64,000 bases of DNA, taken from the NCBI GenBank assembly GCA_009930305.1, contig RZYM01000008.1:10817-74816 (forward strand), read 5' to 3'. Below, piece by piece: positions 55,018 to 64,000 of this stretch (position 1 is the stretch's first letter; the number at the start of each line of letters is the position of its first letter). Origin of the DNA: Bacteroidia bacterium. Lineage in GTDB: Bacteria > Bacteroidota > Bacteroidia > Bacteroidales > Paludibacteraceae. The position numbers and the translations under genes are program-made. The notes beneath the pieces were generated by a model. That model had not been told where the DNA came from. It searched no databases and was given only the letters and a program-made list of their open reading frames with translations.

Positions 55018-55692
55018 TTAATCTCTGCGGCCAAGCAAGATCATTACGTAATATAGTAATGTAGCTAAAGAGCCAAGTGCTGCTACCACATACGTATATG
55101 CAGCAGATTTAAGTGCATCCCTTGCAGCTTCGTCATTTGCAGCAGTCGTTAAACCTGATGTTGACAACCAAGCCAAAGCTTTCTTACTAGCATTAATCTC
55201 AACAGGCAAGGTTATAAAACTAAATAATGTTGTAATTGCAAATAAGACTACTCCTACTTCTAATAGATATGGGAATATCTCAATCAACAATATACCGGCT
55301 AATAAAATCCATTGCACCCAGCGTGATGCAAAACTAATTACAGGTACCATTGCTGATCTCATCTTGAGCCAAGTATATGATTCAGCATGTTGAACAGCAT
55401 GACCACATTCATGAGCAGCAACTGCCGCTGCAGCAACACTAGACGTACCATAAACATCTTCGCTCAAATTTATGGTTTTATTTGCAGGATTATAATGGTC
55501 TGTCAGGCTACCTGAGGTAGAAACAACCTTTACATCCTTAATATTATTAGACTGCAACATGCGTTCTGCAATATCCTTGCCTGTCACACCTTGTGCAATA
55601 GGCATCTGCGAATATTTTTTAAACTTAGATTTCAAGCGATACTGAACAATGTAGCTCAATATCATTAAAAACAAAAAGAATCCGAAAATCAT
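55018..55692 (-). CDS. membrane zinc metallopeptidase (YugP/Zn_peptidase_2 family)
   Basis: 224 aa. HECGHAVQH zinc motif flanked by TM helices. Confidence 0.85.
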   Translation of the reverse strand: MIFGFFLFLMILSYIVQYRLKSKFKKYSQMPIAQGVTGKDIAERMLQSNNIKDVKVVSTSGSLTDHYNPANKTINLSEDVYGTSSVAAAAVAAHECGHAVQHAESYTWLKMRSAMVPVISFASRWVQWILLAGILLIEIFPYLLEVGVVLFAITTLFSFITLPVEINASKKALAWLSTSGLTTAANDEAARDALKSAAYTYVVAALGSLATLLYYVMILLGRRD

Positions 55693-55742
55693 ATTAATAG
55701 TAGTTTAGTATTATATAGTACTAACTGCAAATACTATGCCAA

Positions 55743-57020
55743 TTATTCTGCCAAATAGCGCACAATAGTTTGATCTCTATCCGGACCTACAGAAACAATA
55801 CGAATCGGAACATTAAGTTCATCTTCTAGGAAGTCTAAATAATCGTTATATTCCTTTGGAAATTCGCTTTCTTTATGCATCTTGGTCATATCGGTTTTCC
55901 AACCTTTAATTTCCTTATATACAGGTTCAATTTTTTTATCACAAATTTCGTATGGGAAATAATCTAATTCTTCTCCATCAATTTTATATGCCACGCATGC
56001 CTTTATTGTTTCAAACGAATCCAAGACATCACCCTTCATCATAATCAATTTAGTAACCCCATTAAGCATAATAGCATACTTAAGAGCAACTAAATCAATC
56101 CAACCGCAACGTCTTTTTCGTCCTGTAACAGATCCAAACTCGTGACCTTTTTCACAAATTATATCACCTGTTTCGTCAAACAATTCTGTTGGAAATGGGC
56201 CGCTACCTACACGTGTACAATATGCTTTAAAAATTCCATATACGTCGCCAATCTTATTCGGAGCTACACCCAAACCGCTACATGCACCTGCACAAATTGT
56301 ATTTGAAGATGTTACAAATGGGTATGAACCGAAATCAACATCTAGCATAGTTCCTTGCGCGCCTTCACATAAAATAGCTTTATCGTCTTCAATAAGGCCA
56401 TTTACAACATGCTCGCTATCAATCAAATTGAATTTTTTGATATATTCAATACCTTCAAACCATTCTTTTTCAGCTGCCGTGATGTCATATTCAAAACCCA
56501 TTGATTGCAACATTTGCTCATGTCTTGCTTTTGCTGCAGCATATTTTTCAGCGAAATTATTAATAATATCACCTACTCTTAAACCATTTCTGCTTACTTT
56601 ATCAGTATATGTAGGTCCGATTCCTTTTCCTGTTGTTCCAACCTTAGAAGCACCCTTTGCAGCTTCGCCTGCAGCATCCAACATACGATGTGTAGGCATA
56701 ATAAGATGCGCTTTCTTTGAAATATATAGACGTTTTGTCAAATCATGTCCTGAGGCCGCCAAGTTCTCTGCCTCTGCCTTAAACAAAGCAGGATCCAAAA
56801 CAACGCCATTTCCTATAATATTAATCTTGTCTCCTTGAAAAATACCTGAAGGAATTGAACGTAATACATACTTTTCTCCATTAAACTCTAATGTATGTCC
56901 TGCATTAGGACCACCTTGAAAACGAGTTACTACATCATAATCGGGTGTTAATACGTCAATTACTTTACCCTTACCTTCATCTCCCCATTGGAGGCCTAAT
57001 AAAACATCTACTTTTGCCAT
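55743..57020 (-). CDS. purA: adenylosuccinate synthase
   Basis: 425 aa. QWGDEGKGKV P-loop, GPNAGHT, GTTGKGIGP. Confidence 0.95.
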   Translation of the reverse strand: MAKVDVLLGLQWGDEGKGKVIDVLTPDYDVVTRFQGGPNAGHTLEFNGEKYVLRSIPSGIFQGDKINIIGNGVVLDPALFKAEAENLAASGHDLTKRLYISKKAHLIMPTHRMLDAAGEAAKGASKVGTTGKGIGPTYTDKVSRNGLRVGDIINNFAEKYAAAKARHEQMLQSMGFEYDITAAEKEWFEGIEYIKKFNLIDSEHVVNGLIEDDKAILCEGAQGTMLDVDFGSYPFVTSSNTICAGACSGLGVAPNKIGDVYGIFKAYCTRVGSGPFPTELFDETGDIICEKGHEFGSVTGRKRRCGWIDLVALKYAIMLNGVTKLIMMKGDVLDSFETIKACVAYKIDGEELDYFPYEICDKKIEPVYKEIKGWKTDMTKMHKESEFPKEYNDYLDFLEDELNVPIRIVSVGPDRDQTIVRYLAE

Positions 57021-57160
57021 TACAATATCTATATTTGAATTAAAACAAATTGAACTATTATCTATTTTTTCGATGCGTAAAGATATATAATTATTACATG
57101 TAACAAGTCATGCTTTTTACTAATTATACAAAAAAATCTTGCAAGCCGACAAAATATATG

Positions 57161-57168
57161 TACCTTTG
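57161..57168 (+). promoter_or_regulatory. -7 element TAccTTTG for the ferredoxin gene
   Basis: tacctttg lies 28 nt upstream of ATG 57197. Confidence 0.5.
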
Positions 57169-57196
57169 CGGGACAATAATTTAAAAATATAGAAAA

Positions 57197-57364
57197 ATGG
57201 CCCATGTAATTTCAGAAGACTGCATAGCTTGCGGTACTTGCATCAGCGAATGTCCCGTGGAAGCAATTTCCGAAGGAGACATTTATTCAATCAATCCTGA
57301 TATCTGTACAGACTGTGGAACATGTGCAGAGGCTTGCCCAACTGGTGCTATCCATCCGGCTTGA
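57197..57364 (+). CDS. 2x[4Fe-4S] clostridial-type ferredoxin (55 aa)
   Basis: Not in the ORF track (under 60 aa). My translation is MAHVISEDCIACGTCISECPVEAISEGDIYSINPDICTDCGTCAEACPTGAIHPA*. It has two CxxCxxCxxxCP motifs and is framed by a promoter element and a terminator. Confidence 0.88.
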   Translation: MAHVISEDCIACGTCISECPVEAISEGDIYSINPDICTDCGTCAEACPTGAIHPA

Positions 57365-57380
57365 TTTTAAAATGCAAAAT

Positions 57381-57417
57381 AAAAAACGGGAACTCTCATT
57401 GAGAATTCCCGTTTTTT
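57381..57417. terminator. bidirectional intrinsic terminator
   Basis: aaaaaa-cgggaactctc-att-gagaattcccg-tttttt (11-bp stem with 1 mismatch). Lies between convergent stops at 57364 and 57438. Confidence 0.75.
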
Positions 57418-57437
57418 ATTCTTTCAAAGTGATACAT

Positions 57438-57809
57438 CTATTCAGTATCACCTTTAGATTCAATACTTTCGTTATGTTGCTCATTTTCAAAAGTTTTATA
57501 AGAAGCAGGCATAGCCTTACGCATAAAATTCAATGCCTCTGTCATTGCATCCTCAAATTTATCAAAATCTTCTTTGTACAAAAATATTTTGTGCTTTTCA
57601 AATACAAATTGACCATCTTCTGTAACAGCCTTACGTTTACTCTCTGTGATTGACAAAAACAAATCATCACGACGATCCTTTTTTACATCTAAATAGTAAA
57701 CACGCTTTCCTGCTTTAACCGTTTTAGAAAATACTATTTCCTTATCTTCTCTCTCTTCCCGTTGAACCTTTGGTTCTTCTTTCGGTTGTCTGTTAAACAA
57801 ATTAATCAT
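57438..57809 (-). CDS. DUF3276 family (PUR-alpha-like ssDNA/RNA-binding) protein
   Basis: Core FSKTVKAGKRVYYLDVKKDRRDDLFLSITESKRK...FEKHKIFLYKEDFDKF is typical of DUF3276. Start preferred at MINLFNRQPKEE (57809); the track start is 57848. Confidence 0.7.
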   Translation of the reverse strand: MINLFNRQPKEEPKVQREEREDKEIVFSKTVKAGKRVYYLDVKKDRRDDLFLSITESKRKAVTEDGQFVFEKHKIFLYKEDFDKFEDAMTEALNFMRKAMPASYKTFENEQHNESIESKGDTE

Positions 57810-57918
57810 CAATCCTATGTTTAATTTTTTTTTACGTACAAAAATCATTCTTTTTTCTCAAACGGCAAAATAAAAACACAATTATTTTGCCTAGGACTAT
57901 TTTATCAATTATTTGTTG

Positions 57919-57926
57919 TAACTTTG
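57919..57926 (+). promoter_or_regulatory. -7 element TAacTTTG for nusB-yajC-ybbR-coaE
   Basis: taactttg lies 79 nt upstream of ATG 58006. Confidence 0.45.
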
Positions 57927-58005
57927 CAACGCATATCAACAAGATATGTCCGATTTATAAAGCCATATAGAAAGTATAGTTCCCAAATAAAGAAATATCA
58001 TAACG

Positions 58006-58959
58006 ATGATTAATAGAGTTTTAATACGGGTAAAAACTGTTCAGTTGTTGTACGCGAATTTGAACAATCCGAATTCGTCGCAAGTTTCCGCAGAAAATGA
58101 GCTACAGACTAGTTTGGATAAAACATACGAGCTGTATCACTGGTTGTTGCAATTAGCAGTAGATATCACAAGCTACGCTGTTAAACGTATTGAAATCGGT
58201 TTGAATAAAATGCGCCCGACACCTGAAGAGAGTAATCCTAATAGGCGTTTTATTAACAACAAGTTTGCAAAGCAATTAGCAAAAAACAAAGAGCTTGCAA
58301 AATATGTAAGTGATCATGGTATATCTTGGGAAGAAAACAATGACTTGATTAAAAACTTGTATGAACTTATTTGTAGAAGTGATATATATAAAGAGTATAT
58401 GGCTGCACCAAGTAGTGATTATGAGAACGACAAGGTATTCTGGAGACGCATTTACAAAAAAATATTGATGCCTGACAAGGCACTTGACGCACAAATTGAA
58501 GAAATTAATTTATACTGGAACGACGACTCCGAAACCGTATTTAGTTTCATCGACAAAACTGTAAAACATTTTTGCGTTGAAAATGAAGAAAATCAGTCTT
58601 TATTACCTATGTATAGGGATGAAAGCGACAAAGAATTTGCTATACAACTATACAAATTTGCAATAGAGAATAAAGATGAGTACATGAAATGGATTGAAGA
58701 CACGGCGAAGAACTGGGAAGTTGAACGCATAGCTGCTATGGATATTGCAATCATGCAAGCCGCAATTGCAGAGTTAACACATTTCCCAACAATTCCGGTT
58801 AATGTTACATTGAACGAGTATATCGAGATTAGTAAATTCTATAGTACAGAAAAAAGTTGCACGTTTATTAATGGTGTTTTGGATTCAATAACAAACAAAC
58901 TAAGAAAGGAAAACAAACTATTAAAAGTTGGAGCACTAGTAAAAAATGATTATAAATAA
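58006..58959 (+). CDS. nusB: transcription antitermination factor NusB (long Bacteroidetes form)
   Basis: 317 aa. C-terminal NusB fold (ERIAAMDIAIMQAAIAEL.., NEYIEISKFYS.., FINGVLD). Confidence 0.85.
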   Translation: MINRVLIRVKTVQLLYANLNNPNSSQVSAENELQTSLDKTYELYHWLLQLAVDITSYAVKRIEIGLNKMRPTPEESNPNRRFINNKFAKQLAKNKELAKYVSDHGISWEENNDLIKNLYELICRSDIYKEYMAAPSSDYENDKVFWRRIYKKILMPDKALDAQIEEINLYWNDDSETVFSFIDKTVKHFCVENEENQSLLPMYRDESDKEFAIQLYKFAIENKDEYMKWIEDTAKNWEVERIAAMDIAIMQAAIAELTHFPTIPVNVTLNEYIEISKFYSTEKSCTFINGVLDSITNKLRKENKLLKVGALVKNDYK

Positions 58960-58976
58960 TTTTTAAATATATCAAT

Positions 58977-59306
58977 ATGAATTTAACCGTTTTATTACAA
59001 GCACCTGCCGCTACAGAAGGAGGCATGGGACAATATGGATCAATAATTATGTTGGTCTTGATTTTCGTTGTGTTCTATTTCTTTATGATTCGTCCACAAA
59101 TGAAAAAACAAAAGGAAATTAAAAAATTTCGTGACAGTATATCATTAGGCGATAAAGTAATTACCACCGGAGGTATTTACGGAAAAATTAAAGAAGTAAA
59201 AGATAACACTATTATTTTAGAAATAGCCGATAATGTCCGCATTACAGTAGACAAAGGTTCAGTATTTGCAACTGCAGCCGACTCGGCAACAGCAGCTGCT
59301 AAATAA
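58977..59306 (+). CDS. yajC: preprotein translocase subunit YajC
   Basis: 109 aa. Single TM, then FFMIRPQMKKQKE..L..GD.V.T.GGI.G.I pattern. Confidence 0.88.
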   Translation: MNLTVLLQAPAATEGGMGQYGSIIMLVLIFVVFYFFMIRPQMKKQKEIKKFRDSISLGDKVITTGGIYGKIKEVKDNTIILEIADNVRITVDKGSVFATAADSATAAAK

Positions 59307-60307
59307 TGAGCCAAAAAGAGCAAATACGAGATTTGTCTAACTTTATAAAAAAGATAAATACATTTTTGTTTTCTAAAAATGTATTTATCTTTTTATTTTT
59401 TTTAATCATGTCATACGTATTTTGGTTTATAATTTCACTGAATAAAAACTACGAAACACGTCTTACTTTTCCGCTCGAGTACAGAAATATCCCAAAAGAG
59501 ATAGCCTTATCAACCGATTTACCATCATCAATAGATGTAAAGGTGAAAGATAAAGGAACTGTAATCTTTTCATATAAACAAAGCAAGTTTTCTGCGTTAG
59601 TAATTGATTTTAAAGATATTCCTGGATTTTCAAAAAATCAAAGTGCTGTTTTATCAACATCAAATGTCTTTGACAAAAAAATCAAAGAACAACTTGCTCA
59701 AACAACAGTAATCACAGATTATTTCCCTTCAGAAATAACAATAGAACGAGTCTTTTTATCGTCAAAAAAACTGCCTATACGTATACATTGTGATATACAA
59801 TTTGCAAAGCAATACAACTTAAGCGATAGTATCAAAGCAAATCCCGATTCTATCATTCTATATGGTACGCAAGAATGCTTAGACACAACCACATATATCA
59901 GCACAAATTTACTGCGAATAAAAGACATTAAAGATACATTAAACAGGTCTGTAGGTCTGGATTTACCAAGACACACTAAAGCAGATCCTTCAAAAGTCAA
60001 TTTAATGATTCCAGTAGAAGTTTCTACGGAAGCTTCTATAAATATTCCGGTAGAAGTTATAAATATACCTAAAAATATACGCGTACGGGTTCTCCCTAGC
60101 GAAGTTAAATTGACATATTTGGTTGGCATAAGCAAATATAAGCAAGTAAAGCCATCTGACTTTACTATTTCTATTGACTACGAAGATTTAATTGAAAGCA
60201 GTTCAAAAACAGAATTTGTTAATATTGACAATAAACCAAGTTTTGTATCAAATTGCCGAGTTAATCCACAAGAAGTTCAGTGGGTAATGGAAGTTATTGA
60301 AGATTAA
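59306..60307 (+). CDS. YbbR-like domain-containing protein
   Basis: 333 aa. N-terminal TM anchor, then repeated beta-rich YbbR-type modules. Conserved position between yajC and coaE in Bacteroidales. Confidence 0.65.
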   Translation: MSQKEQIRDLSNFIKKINTFLFSKNVFIFLFFLIMSYVFWFIISLNKNYETRLTFPLEYRNIPKEIALSTDLPSSIDVKVKDKGTVIFSYKQSKFSALVIDFKDIPGFSKNQSAVLSTSNVFDKKIKEQLAQTTVITDYFPSEITIERVFLSSKKLPIRIHCDIQFAKQYNLSDSIKANPDSIILYGTQECLDTTTYISTNLLRIKDIKDTLNRSVGLDLPRHTKADPSKVNLMIPVEVSTEASINIPVEVINIPKNIRVRVLPSEVKLTYLVGISKYKQVKPSDFTISIDYEDLIESSSKTEFVNIDNKPSFVSNCRVNPQEVQWVMEVIED

Positions 60308-60312
60308 ACGAT

Positions 60313-60897
60313 ATGATAATAGGAGTAACCGGAGGAATTGGCAGCGGCAAAACATACTTTTGCCATTTAATAGAAATTGCAGGTTTTCCTATTTTCTACA
60401 CTGACATGGAAAGCAAAAAACTTCTTAATTCAGATCCTTTAATTAAAGCACAAATAATAGATTTGTTTGGAGCATCAGCCTACACCGAAGATGTTTTAGA
60501 CTCAAAACACATCGCCCAACAAGTATTTTCTGATGATAATTTACGCACTAAATTAAATAATATAGTACATCCTGCCATAAAGAAATTATTCGATTTATGG
60601 CTTACCGAACACAAATCGAGTCCGATAGTATTATTAGAATCTGCAATATTATTCGAAAGTGGTTTTGATAACTTTATGGACAAAATAATAGTGATTACAG
60701 CACCTCTTGAAACTCGAATAAAACGAGTCATTAAGAGAGATAATTGCGAAGAAAAAGATGTTTTATCAAAAATAAAATCGCAGATGTCTGACGAGATCAA
60801 AATAAACAAAGCCAACTTCGTTATTCAAAACGGAGAACATGATGACTTAAATAAACAAATTTTTGATTTACTTGGGAAAATAATGTTCCAAAAATAA
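60313..60897 (+). CDS. coaE: dephospho-CoA kinase
   Basis: 194 aa. P-loop GVTGGIGSGKT. Confidence 0.9.
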   Translation: MIIGVTGGIGSGKTYFCHLIEIAGFPIFYTDMESKKLLNSDPLIKAQIIDLFGASAYTEDVLDSKHIAQQVFSDDNLRTKLNNIVHPAIKKLFDLWLTEHKSSPIVLLESAILFESGFDNFMDKIIVITAPLETRIKRVIKRDNCEEKDVLSKIKSQMSDEIKINKANFVIQNGEHDDLNKQIFDLLGKIMFQK

Positions 60898-60921
60898 AGA
60901 TTTGCCGACAAATTAACACCT

Positions 60922-61470
60922 CTACATTTTAAATTTATAACGGCAATTAAATTTACCTTTTGTTATTGCAGACAATTTTGAAGACAGCATCTGTCGTCTT
61001 ATCAAAGACACTTTATCAACAAATACATGACCATCAATGTGATCATACTCATGCTGAATAGCTCTTGCTACATAACCTGAAAAAGTTTCTGTCTTTTCAT
61101 CCCAATTTTCATCGTAATAATTAATAGTAATACTATTCGGACGACGAACCGATTCTGATATTCCCGGAATACTTAAACAGCCTTCTTCTCTTATAGAATC
61201 ATCATCACTATAAGATGTAATACGTGCATTAATGAATGCTTTCTTGAATGTGGCTAAACTAGGAATTTCATCAGCCATTAAATGCAAATCTACTACAAAT
61301 AAACGTAGAGACAAACCTATCTGTGGAGCAGCTAAGCCAACTCCGTCTGCTTTTTCAAGAGTTTGAAACATATCAGAAATCAACTGTTCAAGATTGGGAT
61401 AATCTTTAGGAACAGGAAGCGCGATCTTCTTAAGTACGGGATTTCCGTAAATTACAATTGGATATATCAT
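60922..61470 (-). CDS. def: peptide deformylase
   Basis: 182 aa. Motifs GLAAPQIG, EGCLS, HEYDH. Confidence 0.93.
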   Translation of the reverse strand: MIYPIVIYGNPVLKKIALPVPKDYPNLEQLISDMFQTLEKADGVGLAAPQIGLSLRLFVVDLHLMADEIPSLATFKKAFINARITSYSDDDSIREEGCLSIPGISESVRRPNSITINYYDENWDEKTETFSGYVARAIQHEYDHIDGHVFVDKVSLIRRQMLSSKLSAITKGKFNCRYKFKM

Positions 61471-61889
61471 ATTTTCATTCTTTGGCTTTCCATATAATCT
61501 TGCAATATAATGGTTGCACTAATTTCATCTACTAAAGCTTTGTTTTGTCTATCTTTCTTTTTCAAGCCACCTATCAACATTGTTTTATGTGCTAAAACAG
61601 ATGTAAAACGCTCGTCGAAGAACTCAACGCGAACATTAGGAAATTTGTTTTTAAGCGAATTGACAAATGGTGTAATATATTTCATCGACTCCGATGGCAT
61701 ATTATTCATTTGCTTTGGCAACCCAACTACTATACATTCTACATTTTCGGTTGTAAGATATTTCGCTAAGAAAGTTAATACCTGCTGCGCATCAATAGTT
61801 GTTAAACCACCTGCTATTAATTGAGAAGGATCAGACACAGCTATTCCCACTCTCTTTTTTCCGTAGTCAATCGCTAAAATTCTAGACAT
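61467..61889 (-). CDS. ruvX: Holliday junction resolvase-like RuvX (YqgF)
   Basis: 140 aa. N-terminus ILAIDYGKKRVGIAVSD and C-terminus DERFTS.. pattern. 4-nt overlap with def. Confidence 0.88.
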   Translation of the reverse strand: MSRILAIDYGKKRVGIAVSDPSQLIAGGLTTIDAQQVLTFLAKYLTTENVECIVVGLPKQMNNMPSESMKYITPFVNSLKNKFPNVRVEFFDERFTSVLAHKTMLIGGLKKKDRQNKALVDEISATIILQDYMESQRMKI

Positions 61890-61896
61890 TATCGTG

Positions 61897-61904
61897 CAAA
61901 GATA
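61897..61904 (-). promoter_or_regulatory. -7 element TAtcTTTG only 7 nt before the ruvX ATG (possible leaderless transcript)
   Basis: + strand caaagata gives minus-strand TATCTTTG. The ATG is at 61889. Confidence 0.35.
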
Positions 61905-61916
61905 GGATATTTTATG

Positions 61917-61924
61917 TACATTTG
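61917..61924 (+). promoter_or_regulatory. -7 element TAcaTTTG for galE
   Basis: tacatttg lies 26 nt upstream of ATG 61951. Confidence 0.5.
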
Positions 61925-61950
61925 CACTATTAATACCTATAAATGTTAAT

Positions 61951-62979
61951 ATGAAAATTCTAGTTACAGGTGGAACCGGTTACATCGGTTCGCATACAGT
62001 AGTTGAACTACAAAACGCAGGTTTTGAACCAATAATCATAGATAATTTATCTAATTCATCAATCTCAGTACTAGACGGAATTGAAAAGATTACAGGTAAA
62101 AGACCTATCTTTGAGCAAATAGACTGCAAAGATATTGATGACATGGATTTATTGTTTACCAAACATAAAGATGTAGTTGCAATCATACATTTTGCTGCCA
62201 GTAAAGCTGTTGGTGAATCTGTTATAAAACCCCTAATGTACTACCGAAACAATCTTAAATCCATGCTAAACATAATGGAATTAATGATTAAGCACAATGT
62301 TGAAAATCTAGTATTTTCATCATCTTGTACAATATACGGACAACCGGACATTCTTCCTGTAACAGAAACAGCAGAAATTAAGCCTGCTCTTTCTCCATAC
62401 GGAAACACAAAACAAATATGCGAGGAAATTATTACAGACACTGCGCACGCAAATCCTCATATAAACGCTATACTGCTAAGATATTTTAATCCTATCGGAG
62501 CTCACGAAAGTTCTGAAATAGGCGAATTACCAATAGGTGTACCTCAAAACTTAATTCCATACGTAACACAAACTGCAGCAGGCATCCGTAAACAATTACA
62601 AGTTTTTGGAAACGATTATAATACGTCTGATGGCTCTTGTATACGCGACTACATAAATGTTACAGACTTAGCTAAAGCCCATGTAGCGGCTGTTAAAAGA
62701 TTACTTGATAAAAAAGGGAAAAGTTCTATTGAAGCATTCAACATTGGAACAGGTAAAGGGACTTCGGTACTAGAAGTTATATCATTATTTGAAAAAACTA
62801 CAGGCGTAAAGCTAAACTACAAGATAGTAGGTCGTAGAGAAGGTGATATTGAAAAAGTGTGGGCTGATGCATCACTCGCTAATAATGAACTGGGATGGCA
62901 TGCAGAGAAGAGTATGGAAGAAACATTACTTTCTGCATGGAAATGGGAACAACACTTAAAACAAAATAAAACGAGATGA
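61951..62979 (+). CDS. galE: UDP-glucose 4-epimerase
   Basis: 342 aa. Rossmann motif GGTGYIGSH and SDR catalytic SPYGNTK (YxxxK). Confidence 0.93.
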   Translation: MKILVTGGTGYIGSHTVVELQNAGFEPIIIDNLSNSSISVLDGIEKITGKRPIFEQIDCKDIDDMDLLFTKHKDVVAIIHFAASKAVGESVIKPLMYYRNNLKSMLNIMELMIKHNVENLVFSSSCTIYGQPDILPVTETAEIKPALSPYGNTKQICEEIITDTAHANPHINAILLRYFNPIGAHESSEIGELPIGVPQNLIPYVTQTAAGIRKQLQVFGNDYNTSDGSCIRDYINVTDLAKAHVAAVKRLLDKKGKSSIEAFNIGTGKGTSVLEVISLFEKTTGVKLNYKIVGRREGDIEKVWADASLANNELGWHAEKSMEETLLSAWKWEQHLKQNKTR

Positions 62980-64000
62980 AAAAGAAACTATTACTAATGG
63001 TAATCTGCATTTGCACTGCAAGCTTAGTAAGTGTAGCAAAAAAAGCAGTTGTGGTAAGTACATTACAATTACCACCGGCCGAAGCAATTTACAATGAAGG
63101 CATTAAATTGCTTCGTCAAAAACAATATGATGATGCCATAATTAAATTTACTGCTACAATTGCAGAAGATACTACATTTACAAAAGCTTATTACAATAGA
63201 GCAATAGCATATTTTGAAAGCGAACGCTACAACAAAGCTATAAATGATTTAAATGTAGCTATTAGACAAGCTGATAATGAAACTGCTTCTGAATGTTATC
63301 TACTAAAAGGTAAAATCATGTTTTATCTGGATGATATTAAACAAGCATTAACTGATGTAAACAAAGCTATAGAATTAAATTCGTCTAATATTAACGCACG
63401 ATTAGATAAGGCTGCCTTACTTCAATATAATCGCGAATACACATTAGCAGAAAAAGAATACTCAAATATATTAAGTATTAGTCCGGGTAATGCTTCTGCA
63501 CTACTAGAAAGAGGAAATTGCCGTCAACACATTGGGCAACTTGAAGCTGCAATGAACGATTATAAAATTATAGTAATAAATGATTCATCAAATTTTCAAG
63601 CGAAACTTAATATCGCAACTTTAACTTGGAAGATTTCAGCAGACACGTTAAATAGCATATTACTCCTTAATAAATTAGCAAAGGAAAATCCTCAAAGTGC
63701 TGAAGTATTTAATGCACGCGGACTCATATATAGCTTAACTGCACAGTACGATTCTGCAATTGTTGATTTTGACAAAGCAATAGGTATAAATAGAAATTAT
63801 GCAACTGCATATAATAACAGAGGCTCAGCTTACTATAAACAAAATAAATTAGAAAAAGCAATAGATGATTACAACAGTGCAATAGAAATAAACACCAACT
63901 ATGGTGATGCGTATCTGAATCGTGCTATAGTTAAAGAACTACTACGCGACGAAAATGGTTCATGTAATGATTTACAAATTGCAGCTAAACTAGGAGTGAA
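62976..64000 (+). CDS. secreted TPR repeat protein, 3' end cut by the window edge
   Basis: ATG 62976 overlaps the galE stop (ATGA). My translation is MKKKLLLMVICICTASLVSVA.. followed by repeated TPR units (..AYYNRAIAYFE.., ..AYNNRGSAYYKQNKLEKAIDDYNSAIEIN..). The frame is open to the end of the window. Confidence 0.8.
   Translation, partial: MKKKLLLMVICICTASLVSVAKKAVVVSTLQLPPAEAIYNEGIKLLRQKQYDDAIIKFTATIAEDTTFTKAYYNRAIAYFESERYNKAINDLNVAIRQADNETASECYLLKGKIMFYLDDIKQALTDVNKAIELNSSNINARLDKAALLQYNREYTLAEKEYSNILSISPGNASALLERGNCRQHIGQLEAAMNDYKIIVINDSSNFQAKLNIATLTWKISADTLNSILLLNKLAKENPQSAEVFNARGLIYSLTAQYDSAIVDFDKAIGINRNYATAYNNRGSAYYKQNKLEKAIDDYNSAIEINTNYGDAYLNRAIVKELLRDENGSCNDLQIAAKLGV

Noticed and set aside
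56428-56838. 136-aa + strand ORF inside purA
   Set aside because: It is antisense to an unambiguous adenylosuccinate synthase, so it is a shadow ORF.
57315-57653. 112-aa + strand ORF
   Set aside because: It begins inside the ferredoxin gene in another frame, reads straight through the bidirectional terminator and runs antisense to the DUF3276 gene.
59719-60135. 138-aa minus-strand ORF inside the ybbR-like gene, and 111-aa ORF 60480-60815 inside coaE
   Set aside because: These are shadow frames of genes that sit in a conserved nusB-yajC-ybbR-coaE arrangement.
1-64000. CRISPR arrays, transposons/IS elements, restriction-modification or other defence systems
   Set aside because: I scanned the intergenic regions and the ORF list. 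There are no regularly spaced direct repeats and no transposase, integrase or recombinase. There are no methyltransferase, nuclease or helicase genes outside housekeeping roles. The window appears to be core chromosome.

Overview
AT-rich (roughly one-third G+C by eye) chromosomal core segment of a Bacteroidota genome, probably order Bacteroidales. This placement rests on four things. The Bacteroides-type -7 promoter element TAnnTTTG sits in the correct orientation in front of most transcription units. Leaders are A-rich and lack a Shine-Dalgarno (SD) motif. There are type IX secretion (T9SS) cargo plus PorP/SprF and PorE-like genes. Two syntenies typical of Bacteroidales are present (parA-parB-DUF5683-mltD; nusB-yajC-ybbR-coaE). 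I call about 62 protein genes, one tRNA-His, several intrinsic terminators and about 24 promoter elements. Two real genes are missing from the ORF track: a 3'-truncated RND pump at the left edge and a 55-aa ferredoxin at 57197-57364. Content is mainly housekeeping: RND efflux operon, xseAB, relA/spoT, dcp, glgP, PiT, prfC, aqpZ, parAB, pheS, lon, guaA, meaB, purA, nusB, yajC, coaE, def, ruvX, galE. I see no transposase, integrase, prophage, CRISPR array, restriction-modification gene or recognisable defence gene, so I cannot claim a novel defence or mobile system here. The best candidate for uncharacterised biology is a self-contained two-gene unit at 41650-43482. It encodes a NifU/IscU-like protein and a protein with the exact GGGTGRT signature ('GGGtGRT protein' family, function unknown to my knowledge). 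Other items worth a second look: a type-B T9SS adhesin + PorE-like + PorP/SprF cassette packed against relA-dcp; two canonical AGGAGG-N7-ATG sites in an otherwise SD-less genome; two ORF-free spacers (5338-5744 with an orphan terminator; 32055-32583 with a 9-bp tandem repeat readable as a Val-rich micro-ORF); a tRNA-His with two adjacent U:U acceptor-stem mismatches; and a glycosyltransferase + MprF-flippase-like pair. All family names come from by-eye motif recognition and need HMM confirmation.
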